Source: Methanobacteriota archaeon (GTDB taxonomy: Archaea; Thermoplasmatota; Poseidoniia; Poseidoniales; Poseidoniaceae). From it: a stretch of DNA of 55,481 bases. Within the stretch, counting starts at the first letter, position 1; every line of letters starts with the position of its first letter. The stretch covers positions 1 to 55,481 of the forward strand of contig JABJFI010000081.1 of the NCBI GenBank assembly GCA_018662825.1, read 5' to 3'. Under the pieces are notes generated by a model that saw only the letters and a list, made by a program, of their open reading frames with translations, was not told the DNA's origin and made no database searches. Positions 41,466 to 49,767 of the stretch are shown here, in pieces. The translations under genes and the position numbers were made by a program.

Positions 41466-44138
41466 ATGCGCTTCGGTGTTCGAGGAACTTTGCCGGACCC
41501 AGACCCTGTTGCAACACAGGAATGGGTCGATTCAATCCTTGCTGTTCGTGACCAACTTGGTGATGAAGAGGCTCGCCGCCTATTACTTTCTACCGTTGAT
41601 GCAGCCCGCCATGCCGGTGTCGAAATCGATGTCGTCAATACCCCTTACCTCAATTCCATACACCCAGATAATCAAGGCACATATCCGGGTGATTTGGAAA
41701 TGGAAAAACGCCTCCATGGAATCATAAGATGGAATGCGATGATGGTTGTCACACGCGGCAACAAAAACTTCGATGGCATTGGAGGCCACATCTCGACTTA
41801 TGCTTCAGCATCTCATGCTTGGGAGATTGGCTTCAATCATTTCTTTCGAGGCAAAGATGGGTCTGGACAAGGCGACCATCTCTATTGGCAAGGTCACGCA
41901 TCTCCAGGAATTTACGCTCGAGCCTGGCTCGAAGGTCGTTTGACCCATGAGCAAATGGAAGCCTTTCGTCAAGAAACTGGCGGCAAGGGCTTGTCTTCAT
42001 ACCCACACCCCCGCCTCATGCCTGACTTCTGGGAATTTCCAACCGTCAGTATGGGGCTTGGCGCAATGACGGCCATTCATCAAGCTCGTTTCAATCGCTA
42101 TCTCGAGGACAGAGGTTTAGTTTCAACTGCAAACTCCCGTGTATGGTATACGATGGGTGATGGCGAATCTGACGAACCAGAATCACTGTCTCAACTTTCT
42201 CTTGCAGGACGTGAAGGACTTGACAACATTGTCATGACTCTAAACTGCAATTTACAACGCCTTGATGGGCCTGTTCGTGGCAACTCAAAGATTGTCCAAG
42301 AACTCGAAGGGCGGTTCCGTGGAGCAGGCTGGAATGTCATCAAAGTTCTCTGGGGCAGCAGTTGGGATGATTTGTTTGCTCGAGATTCCGCCGGCATTCT
42401 TGCTGCTCGTCTTGACGAATTGGTCGATGGCGATGAGCAGAGAATCGTAACTGCTGATGGAGCAACTATCCGCAAAGATTTGTTTAACTCTGATGGATTA
42501 CAAGCCCTCGTAGCCCACCTAAGTGATGATGAATTGGTCGATTTATGTGCTGATGTTGGAGGACATGATTTTGTTAAACTTCATGCTGCCTACGCTCAGG
42601 CGACAGCTCACAAAGGGCAACCAACTGTAGTTTTGATGCGCACCATCAAGGGATTTGGCCTTGGGCCAGCATTTGCAGGCCGCAATACAACCCATCAAAA
42701 GAAGAAGGCAGGAATGGAAAGCATGCAATACATGCGCGATGATTTAGGACTCGATTTTTCAGATAAAGATTTGGAAAAATATCCATACATCATGCCCGAA
42801 GATGTCCCTGAATTAGTTGCCTATGCTAAACAACGCCGCGCCGCCATGGATGGATTCATGCCATGCCGTGTTGTGCCAAAATTTGATTTGCCACTTCCAG
42901 AAGAAGCAACATATGCTGAATTTGATGAAGGCACCAAAGGAAAAATGCAAGTCTCAACCACCATGGCCTTTGTTCGAATTCTACGCGCTTTGATGAAAGA
43001 CAAAGAATTCGGCAAACGAATCGTACCAATCATCCCCGACGAAGCCCGAACTTTCGGAATGGACCCATTATTTGCTGAATTTGGAATCTACCATCCCGAG
43101 GGCCAACTCTACAAACCGGTTGACCACAAAGTGCTGATGAAGTACAAGGAATCAGCAAAAGGCCAACTCCTAGAAGAAGGCATTAACGAAGCCGGTGCCA
43201 CTTCAACGTTCATAGCCGCAGCAACCTCTTTTGCCACTCACCACTACCCAACCATCCCCTTCTATACCTTCTATTCGATGTTCGGATTCCAACGCGTGGC
43301 AGACCTCATTTGGTCTGCGGCCGACCAACGTGCTCGAGGTTTCCTAATGGGTGCAACCTCTGGACGAACCACGCTCAACGGTGAAGGATTGCAACATCAA
43401 GATGGCCACTCACTTCTGATGGCTCACACCAATCCAGCTGTTCGCGCCTGGGACCCGGCTTTTGCTTACGAATTAGCAACCATCATTCGGCATGGCATCG
43501 ATGAAATGTATGGGCAAGACAAGGATGTCATCCACTATATTGCCGTTTACAATGAGAATTATCCTATGCCTCCAAAGCCACAAGGTGTTGACCAAGGCAT
43601 TATTCGCGGCATGTATTTGCTACGGGGTGCGCCAAAGGGAGATGGACCAATCGTTCGCCTAATAGGGTCAGGGCCAATTATGGTTCAAGTATTGGATGCA
43701 GTCGAGAAACTCGAAACTTACGGAGTTCGTTCTGAAATTTATTCAGCCACTTCCTATGGAGAATTACGTAGAGAAGGTATGGAATGCGACCGATGGAATC
43801 GATTGCATCCAACAAAAACAGCCAAGCAACCATGGGTTGAACAAATGCTTGGAAATGCAGAAGTTCCAGTCATTGCCGTCAGCGATAACATGGCAGCAGT
43901 CCCTGATATGATCCGTCAATGGGTCACAGGCCACTATACTGTCTTAGGAACTGATGGATTTGGCCGCTCTGATACTCGAGAAGCACTTCGCAGGTTCTTT
44001 GAAATCGATGGGGCAGCAGTTGCACTTGCAGCGCTCTCCTCCCTTGTAAGAGATGGTTCAATTGAGGCAAGTATATACGAGAAGGCTGAGAAAGAATTCG
44101 GAATTTCTTCTGAACGTAAAGACATTACTGCACTTTGA
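41466..44138 (+). CDS. aceE: Pyruvate dehydrogenase E1, homodimeric AceE type
   Basis: GGHISTYAS, QGHASPG, FPTVSMGLG, TPP motif GDGESDEPES and EGLQHQDG. SD GGAGGAG upstream. Confidence 0.95.
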   Translation: MRFGVRGTLPDPDPVATQEWVDSILAVRDQLGDEEARRLLLSTVDAARHAGVEIDVVNTPYLNSIHPDNQGTYPGDLEMEKRLHGIIRWNAMMVVTRGNKNFDGIGGHISTYASASHAWEIGFNHFFRGKDGSGQGDHLYWQGHASPGIYARAWLEGRLTHEQMEAFRQETGGKGLSSYPHPRLMPDFWEFPTVSMGLGAMTAIHQARFNRYLEDRGLVSTANSRVWYTMGDGESDEPESLSQLSLAGREGLDNIVMTLNCNLQRLDGPVRGNSKIVQELEGRFRGAGWNVIKVLWGSSWDDLFARDSAGILAARLDELVDGDEQRIVTADGATIRKDLFNSDGLQALVAHLSDDELVDLCADVGGHDFVKLHAAYAQATAHKGQPTVVLMRTIKGFGLGPAFAGRNTTHQKKKAGMESMQYMRDDLGLDFSDKDLEKYPYIMPEDVPELVAYAKQRRAAMDGFMPCRVVPKFDLPLPEEATYAEFDEGTKGKMQVSTTMAFVRILRALMKDKEFGKRIVPIIPDEARTFGMDPLFAEFGIYHPEGQLYKPVDHKVLMKYKESAKGQLLEEGINEAGATSTFIAAATSFATHHYPTIPFYTFYSMFGFQRVADLIWSAADQRARGFLMGATSGRTTLNGEGLQHQDGHSLLMAHTNPAVRAWDPAFAYELATIIRHGIDEMYGQDKDVIHYIAVYNENYPMPPKPQGVDQGIIRGMYLLRGAPKGDGPIVRLIGSGPIMVQVLDAVEKLETYGVRSEIYSATSYGELRREGMECDRWNRLHPTKTAKQPWVEQMLGNAEVPVIAVSDNMAAVPDMIRQWVTGHYTVLGTDGFGRSDTREALRRFFEIDGAAVALAALSSLVRDGSIEASIYEKAEKEFGISSERKDITAL

Positions 44139-44276
44139 TACTGAGGCCATTCACACGACCTCCGTTGTTTCAAATGAGGGTCCTTGAAATGTACAGCAGT
44201 TGAGATAGAACAATCCAATTCAAGTCAATTTAGGGGTGGAGTTCTTGAAGGGGCCGCGCTTGGATTAACTGATACC

Positions 44277-44876
44277 ATGTCTGAATCGCCAGCGAAGAAA
44301 TCATTTCTCCGAATGTGGGTAATGAGGCAATATTGGCGAATGCAACAATCACAAGCAATTGTAAGTCTGTTACTTTGGGGGACTACAATCACACTATTGG
44401 TATGGCCATTGATTTCTTGGAGATTCTCAGCAAGCTGTAATTCGGAACTTTGCTTTTCGGACCATATAGCAGGTATTCCAAGCGCTTACATTGGACTTAC
44501 TGTGATTTTCTTTTCAGTTATGTTTGTGGTATTATCTATAGGTTTTCTTTATGATCAAGTATTTTCCCTATGGACTGAGTGGCGAAATGTCGATATGGAA
44601 CGCAACCCCTTTGCGACCTACGCTCTTGCCCCGATATGGGTTATGTCTATCGCTTTGCAAGCAGAAATTTTGAAACGAACTTCTTCACAAGATGAGGAAA
44701 TCATTGAGCAAGCAAACTGGTGCCTTAAGTGGTGTGAAACATATACAGAAGGTGAAATGTTTGCACGTGCGGTACAAAAATGGGACAAAGACCTTGGAGA
44801 AACCCCAACCTTTTGGTTTACTTCTGATGAAGCAATGCAGCGGGCACGAGAAGTAATAATTTCCGATGAAGCTTGA
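44277..44876 (+). CDS. Hypothetical two-TM membrane protein
   Basis: QYWR.QQSQ and G..YD....LW......ERNPF patterns. Confidence 0.65.
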   Translation: MSESPAKKSFLRMWVMRQYWRMQQSQAIVSLLLWGTTITLLVWPLISWRFSASCNSELCFSDHIAGIPSAYIGLTVIFFSVMFVVLSIGFLYDQVFSLWTEWRNVDMERNPFATYALAPIWVMSIALQAEILKRTSSQDEEIIEQANWCLKWCETYTEGEMFARAVQKWDKDLGETPTFWFTSDEAMQRAREVIISDEA

Positions 44877-44898
44877 ATCCATAGCCGCTCAAATTGGC

Positions 44899-45750
44899 TT
44901 ATTGCGCAAAACCTAATTTATGCATAAGCATTTTTTGTTTTCTTCGCAATCGTTGGAAGAAGCTTCCAGCGATATACTTCTTCCATTCTTTGGGAACAGC
45001 ATCGCGACTCTTTTGAAGGTCTTTGGTTTCTAGCCAAACACCATAATCCAAGTAAATATTTTCTCGCCCATTGACACAAACTGCATGTAATGGAACATGT
45101 GTATTGCTAAATGTTTGTAAAGAAGGGATTTGAGATGGGTCTATCAAATCTTCACGAATAAAAAACGCATCATGATGTTTAGCAGTGGAATAGCATCCAG
45201 CATACACCAATGAATATCCGTGATTTTCGGCCATCATCGTTAGTGCTTTGAGTGAAGAACCCATTACACGGTCCATATGCCAAAACTCATCCTTATCGTT
45301 TGGGAAGGCCATCGCTGCATCAATTGGGAAATTAGGATTAAATTCAACGCTGAAGAAACTCGGGCGATAATTTTTCAACAGTGCATCGGTTACCCAAATA
45401 TCGGTTGAGTCTAAGTCGATGGAAATATATCCCGGTTCAATCGGGACATTATATTGCTGAAAAAGTTCACAGATATTTTCACTTGTAATGAAATGGCGGT
45501 ACAAATTAATGTCTGGATTATGGCAGTTTCCATCCATAAGGAGATAGTCCCATTTTCGTTGATGAACCAAGTATTTGGTGTTTGGTTGGCAATCATCCCA
45601 ACTGGTTGAATCATAACCAAATTCAATACAATATTTGTTACTGATTTCAATATTTTCACAGATGAAATCAACCACGCCGTCTTGCATCCCTTGGGATGAA
45701 TGGCGTGCTTCATGCTCTGATATCATCGAAATCCAATTCTGTTGAGTCAT
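44899..45750 (-). CDS. FkbM-like methyltransferase
   Basis: SQ..QDG, IEFG, IT.ENI, SIDLD..D.W, VEFN and G.SL.AL....GY.LV motifs. Confidence 0.7.
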   Translation of the reverse strand: MTQQNWISMISEHEARHSSQGMQDGVVDFICENIEISNKYCIEFGYDSTSWDDCQPNTKYLVHQRKWDYLLMDGNCHNPDINLYRHFITSENICELFQQYNVPIEPGYISIDLDSTDIWVTDALLKNYRPSFFSVEFNPNFPIDAAMAFPNDKDEFWHMDRVMGSSLKALTMMAENHGYSLVYAGCYSTAKHHDAFFIREDLIDPSQIPSLQTFSNTHVPLHAVCVNGRENIYLDYGVWLETKDLQKSRDAVPKEWKKYIAGSFFQRLRRKQKMLMHKLGFAQ

Positions 45751-45887
45751 AATCTCACCCCATTTGTAAAGGTGTATGGTTTATGAAATATATGTTCGCA
45801 TTGTGCGAGTCTTGTATGGGCTGACAAACAAATCACCAATATGTATGAGTCCTATTCATTATTGTCTAATAATGCTTGAAGCAACTA

Positions 45888-46775
45888 TTATGTTCGATAT
45901 CCCGCGAGTCGTTCTAATTCAACAATTCGTCTTAGTGTCGAAGGTTGGAACGTTGCTTTGATCTGCTGGTCGTTTTGCCCCTCAAAAACATTGGTTGCAT
46001 TCAAGGAGGTTGTTTGGGTGCCTGGAATGACATCGAAATGTAAACTCTCTTGAGCAACTTGGGAAATTGGAATTTTATTTTCAATTGCAAGGTAAGTCAA
46101 CCAAAGGTCATCATTTCGTGGACACGTTTCTCGAAATCCTTGGCCAACTTCGCGCATTAGTTGAAGAAATTCTGGTGGGAAAAGAACACCTGAGACACAT
46201 GTTGCAAAATTGAGATTGCTGGGGCCTCCCAAACCAGGTGGCCATGAATCGTATGGGGTCAAACTCATTTCATCATCTGCAACAACCATCCGGTGAGCCC
46301 GATAAGCGTGGATACTTGTTGAGTCAGAGGTAAAGCACGCGTTCAGACGCTTTAGCCACCAGCGCGGGTAAAGTATGTCATCATCGGCAACAACGTGGGG
46401 GGCTGAAAATGAAGGAGCATTGACAATCCAAGGTTGAATCTTAGTGTGGGGGCCGAGATTTTCTGAAAGGTGTATTTCCAAACCTCTTTTTTGTAGTCGT
46501 TGTAGAGTTTTCAGCGGATTAATGACATGGTCTTCCACATCCAGGTGAAGCATTAAACGCGATGGTTTGAGGGTGCCTCGTGCAATGCTTTCTATTGCTA
46601 AGAATACACCCTTGAGGCGGTGGCCATGTGTTGTCAATGAAAGAGTTGGACCGCCTTCCTCAATAATCGAAGTGCGTGAATAACGGTTGCGAAGGCGTAG
46701 ACGAAAAATGGAGAGATGTATTGGAATATTCCGAACAATATTTGCCGCGAAAGCCAAAGGATTGATTCGTGCCAT
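45888..46775 (-). CDS. GT-A fold glycosyltransferase
   Basis: SLTT...RL, GPHTK, ADDDILYP (DxD), GVLFPP and DDLW motifs. Confidence 0.75.
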   Translation of the reverse strand: MARINPLAFAANIVRNIPIHLSIFRLRLRNRYSRTSIIEEGGPTLSLTTHGHRLKGVFLAIESIARGTLKPSRLMLHLDVEDHVINPLKTLQRLQKRGLEIHLSENLGPHTKIQPWIVNAPSFSAPHVVADDDILYPRWWLKRLNACFTSDSTSIHAYRAHRMVVADDEMSLTPYDSWPPGLGGPSNLNFATCVSGVLFPPEFLQLMREVGQGFRETCPRNDDLWLTYLAIENKIPISQVAQESLHFDVIPGTQTTSLNATNVFEGQNDQQIKATFQPSTLRRIVELERLAGYRT

Positions 46776-46870
46776 TATTCCACCGTAAAATCAAACCTAA
46801 TCATTATGCCCTTCGACAAGACCGGCTCTGCTGTGATTCGTGCTATGGGTTTGGCTTAACGAATACTTCG

Positions 46871-46916
46871 GTCTGCTCCAATACCCTTTGTGTATTCTTA
46901 ACAGTTGTAAAGGGTA
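46871..46916. repeat. Intergenic element copy 1 (inverted 11-bp arms, 13-bp spacer)
   Basis: TACCCTTTGTG (46882-46892), N13, TGTAAAGGGTA (46906-46916). Confidence 0.7.
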
Positions 46917-46955
46917 GTCACAATGACGCATACATGCATATGGGGGCCCTTGCGT

Positions 46956-47110
46956 TCAAAATTTTCCATCCTTCTTGCGTTTACTCTTGTATTGCATCAT
47001 CAGACCACAATCACGGCACATCCAGTGTTCAATCCGCATCAATCCAAGCATTTGCATTGGGATTTGACAAACGACATTAGGGGATTACATTCAGGACAGG
47101 CCTTACTCAT
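46956..47110 (-). pseudogene. Possible frameshifted small zinc-ribbon gene
   Basis: MSKACPECNP in one frame and ...EHWMCRDCG...KF* in another; one extra C in the CCCC run would join them. Confidence 0.35.
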
Positions 47111-47199
47111 TCTCATAAACAAGCGATTCCTTTCAAATGCATAAACCGATCTATCCAATTACCATATACAGATAATTTGCAGGGTCTATACGAATAGAT

Positions 47200-47298
47200 T
47201 CACTCTTCTTTGAGTACTTTCCAAATGAAATAGGCTCCAATGAAAACTCCCACAAGTAAACCCAACACGGCGCCGATTGAAATGCTAGGTGCTGCCAT
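47200..47298 (-). CDS. 32-aa single-TM microprotein (missing from ORF track)
   Basis: MAAPSISIGAVLGLLVGVFIGAYFIWKVLKEE, with a TTATAC TATA-like box just over 20 nt upstream. Confidence 0.6.
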   Translation of the reverse strand: MAAPSISIGAVLGLLVGVFIGAYFIWKVLKEE

Positions 47299-47386
47299 GA
47301 TTCTTCGATGGATGAATTCGGTATAACATTATTGTTCACTATTCGGGCAGGGGCCCTATTTATCGCCTGCATTATATTCGCTAGGG

Positions 47387-47422
47387 ACTGCCAACCCGTC
47401 TTGGCAGTGGGGCCCCCTTTGC
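47387..47422. repeat. Hairpin plus back-to-back copies of the intergenic motif
   Basis: Perfect 8-bp stem ACTGCCAA-cccgtc-TTGGCAGT, overlapping GCAGTGGGG-CCCCCTTTGC. Confidence 0.5.
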
Positions 47423-47466
47423 TCTAGCACCGAAGGATTGGTTAAATTGAACTGATACGAGAGAGT

Positions 47467-48630
47467 ATGTCTGACCCATCTATTAGTTCGGATGGATACT
47501 GGAAATTTATTGATGGGGAATGGACTGCAACTGAAAAACAAATCTCTGCTTTGGAGAAAGGAGCCAGACCTCATGATTTTGTTGAAATCTCAAAAAGGAA
47601 TCCTGAGGTATTTCAAATTATATCACTTAGATTGAAGCAGATCGCTCTAAACTCCAGAAATAAATGTGGAGAGTTCAGTCTAGTTCTCAAAAATAAATAT
47701 TCAAATCTCCAGCGAGACCAAAAATTACAGCTTCTTACCGGCGTTGGTGTGGTTTCTGTTGCTTTGATCGTAATACTAATAATCGCATCTCTTTCTATTG
47801 TCATGAATAATCAGACTCCACCGCTAAACTGTTCGTCAGAAAATCGTGATGATAGAGATGATACATGTCCAATTGAAATTGCATCATGGAATCTAAATCG
47901 GTTTGGTCGTTCCTCGGCAGAAAATGATACGATACGAGGTGAAATGGCCGAGAAGATTAGTAATTACGATATTATTGCGGTCCAAGAAATCAAAGATAAT
48001 CAGTATATAGCCCCCTATCTCTTGCAAGAAGAAATTTCTGAAATTTCTGAATATGGTATGATTCTGTCTAACCGTACTGGAAGTTTTTGCGAGGAAAAGT
48101 CAAGTTCTCAAATCTCAGAACAGTACGCCTTTTATTATGATATTTCAATTTTAAAACCCCTCGGGAACTATCAACATTATCCAAATACAGACTGCGATTT
48201 TGCAAGAGAACCATTCGCAGGACAATTTCAATCATTAAAATCAGATTATACTTTTGTGCTTATTACATTACATGTGAAGCCAGACGACGCATTGAATGAG
48301 ATTTCATCATTGGAGAAAGTTTTCGAGTGGGCTAAATTTCAATATCCAAATGAGGATGATTTCATTTTACTCGGTGATTTGAATGCTGGTTGTGATTATG
48401 CAACATCTTCAGACCTCGATGAACTTGATATTAGAAATGAAGATTATATTTGGATTATACCTGATAATATCAAGACAAATACTGCCGAATCACGTTCATG
48501 TGCTTATGATCGAATAATATTGGAAGATATTGAATCTAGTGAGTATCTGAAATCTTACTCAACCGATTGTCAAATCGCAGTCTCTGATCATTGTATTATT
48601 TCAGCGGAATTCTCTAAGTCGGAGTCTTGA
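47467..48630 (+). CDS. Membrane-anchored DNase I-like (EEP superfamily) nuclease
   Basis: TM helix followed by IASWNL..FG, YDIIAVQEIKD, EQYAF.Y, FAREPF, LH..P, LGDLNAGC.Y, CAYDRI and SDH motifs. Confidence 0.88.
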   Translation: MSDPSISSDGYWKFIDGEWTATEKQISALEKGARPHDFVEISKRNPEVFQIISLRLKQIALNSRNKCGEFSLVLKNKYSNLQRDQKLQLLTGVGVVSVALIVILIIASLSIVMNNQTPPLNCSSENRDDRDDTCPIEIASWNLNRFGRSSAENDTIRGEMAEKISNYDIIAVQEIKDNQYIAPYLLQEEISEISEYGMILSNRTGSFCEEKSSSQISEQYAFYYDISILKPLGNYQHYPNTDCDFAREPFAGQFQSLKSDYTFVLITLHVKPDDALNEISSLEKVFEWAKFQYPNEDDFILLGDLNAGCDYATSSDLDELDIRNEDYIWIIPDNIKTNTAESRSCAYDRIILEDIESSEYLKSYSTDCQIAVSDHCIISAEFSKSES

Positions 48631-48685
48631 TGTTTAGTAGACATCATTTTCGACTAATCGATGATATAATCGTTTTAGGGACTTA

Positions 48686-48803
48686 TCAAAGGGTCTATCC
48701 GAATACCCATTGTTCAGAAGTTGGTAAATTAGAGGGCTCGCAGTGGGTCTTGTCAGACACTACCCTCGGTATGGACGGGTATACAGTGGGAATACAGAGG
48801 GTC
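48686..48803. repeat. Intergenic element copy 2
   Basis: TACCCATTGTT, N13, ATTAGAGGGCT, then CGCAGTGGGTC. Also TACCCTCGGTA, N10, TACAGTGGGAA, TACAGAGGGTC. Confidence 0.8.
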
Positions 48804-48873
48804 TCCTAACAATTCAAATCATACCACTCGTGCCGGGCTAAGGATTATACATAGCTAATTCTCGCTGAGAAAT

Positions 48874-49527
48874 ATGGTCGAGGTTGAGTGCCCGTTATGC
48901 TCCGAGACAGTAGACCTAGGCAGTGATTCAACAGGGACTTATGAGTGTCCATACTGTGAGGGCGATTTTGAGTATGAAAGTTCAACTAGCCTGGCCTTAA
49001 ATGACACAAATCTAAAACGAGGATTGTTAAAACAAATGAATAACCCAAGGGAAACTAGTCAACGTTTGACTCAAAAAAAATTAGAAAAAATAGTACTACC
49101 TATATTCATGGTGATTTTCACTGTAGCTTTTCTTGTACTGGTTTTCGTCTACATGGGAGTGAGTGGTTGGGAGGAAACCGAAGGTGAGATTATTTCTTCA
49201 TATTCTACTGATTCGGAACTAACTGAATATCAATACACATTCAAGGTAGATGGTGAAACATTTAACGGAAGCGATGAATGTCATTCCCGCGGTGGAGGAG
49301 GGGATGAACAAAACTGTGAAAGTTATGACATTGGTGATGCTGTAATGATCTCATATAATCCTGGAAATCCAAATGAAAACGAGATGGTAGATAATCAATT
49401 ACCATCAATCTTCTTATGTTTCTTTTCATTACCAGTTATACTATTGGGTTTGACTTTATATTCAAAATTTAGAGATAGTAGCAACCTTGAAGGCACCCAT
49501 GTACAAATCGACTCGGATAAGTTGTAA
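48874..49527 (+). CDS. Membrane protein with N-terminal zinc ribbon and DUF3592-like domain
   Basis: CPLC...CPYC, a TM helix, W.ETEGEII, YQYTFKVDG, G..V.I.YNP.NP and a second TM helix. Confidence 0.75.
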   Translation: MVEVECPLCSETVDLGSDSTGTYECPYCEGDFEYESSTSLALNDTNLKRGLLKQMNNPRETSQRLTQKKLEKIVLPIFMVIFTVAFLVLVFVYMGVSGWEETEGEIISSYSTDSELTEYQYTFKVDGETFNGSDECHSRGGGGDEQNCESYDIGDAVMISYNPGNPNENEMVDNQLPSIFLCFFSLPVILLGLTLYSKFRDSSNLEGTHVQIDSDKL

Positions 49528-49694
49528 GGGGTCATCCGAAACCCCTTTGCATTTTTCTTTCCGGTACAAAGGGGATCCAGTGGGTCGATACAGACGCTAG
49601 CGAGTGTATTGGGGGACTAAACACCCATTGTACTCCTTCACAATGTCTTGAGGGGTCTGAGGAAACCCACGCAACTTCATGGAAATGATATGTC
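49528..49694. repeat. Intergenic element copy 3 (symmetric double element)
   Basis: ACCCCTTTGCA-N13-TACAAAGGGGA and CACCCATTGTA-N13-TCTTGAGGGGT lie symmetrically about CGCTAGCG (49595-49602). Confidence 0.85.
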
Positions 49695-49767
49695 GTTAGT
49701 ATGTACTGGAAAGGCCGTTTTGCTCCTTTTCCGATTATATTTTATGGCCAGTCAACAACCGACCTAC

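Noticed and set aside
68-44218. Numerous short antisense/overlapping ORFs in the track
   Set aside because: They are shadows of well-supported genes and have no recognisable motifs.
47030-47045. In-frame TGA in CLD*CG read as selenocysteine/readthrough
   Set aside because: No SECIS evidence or Sec machinery in view, and the read-through product is unconvincing.
48627-48809. 60-aa ORF
   Set aside because: It lies over the repeat element and shows no protein-like features.
49648-49767. N-terminal extension of the TSP3 protein given in the ORF track
   Set aside because: It overlaps the non-coding repeat. A TATA-like box and signal peptide point to ATG 49768.
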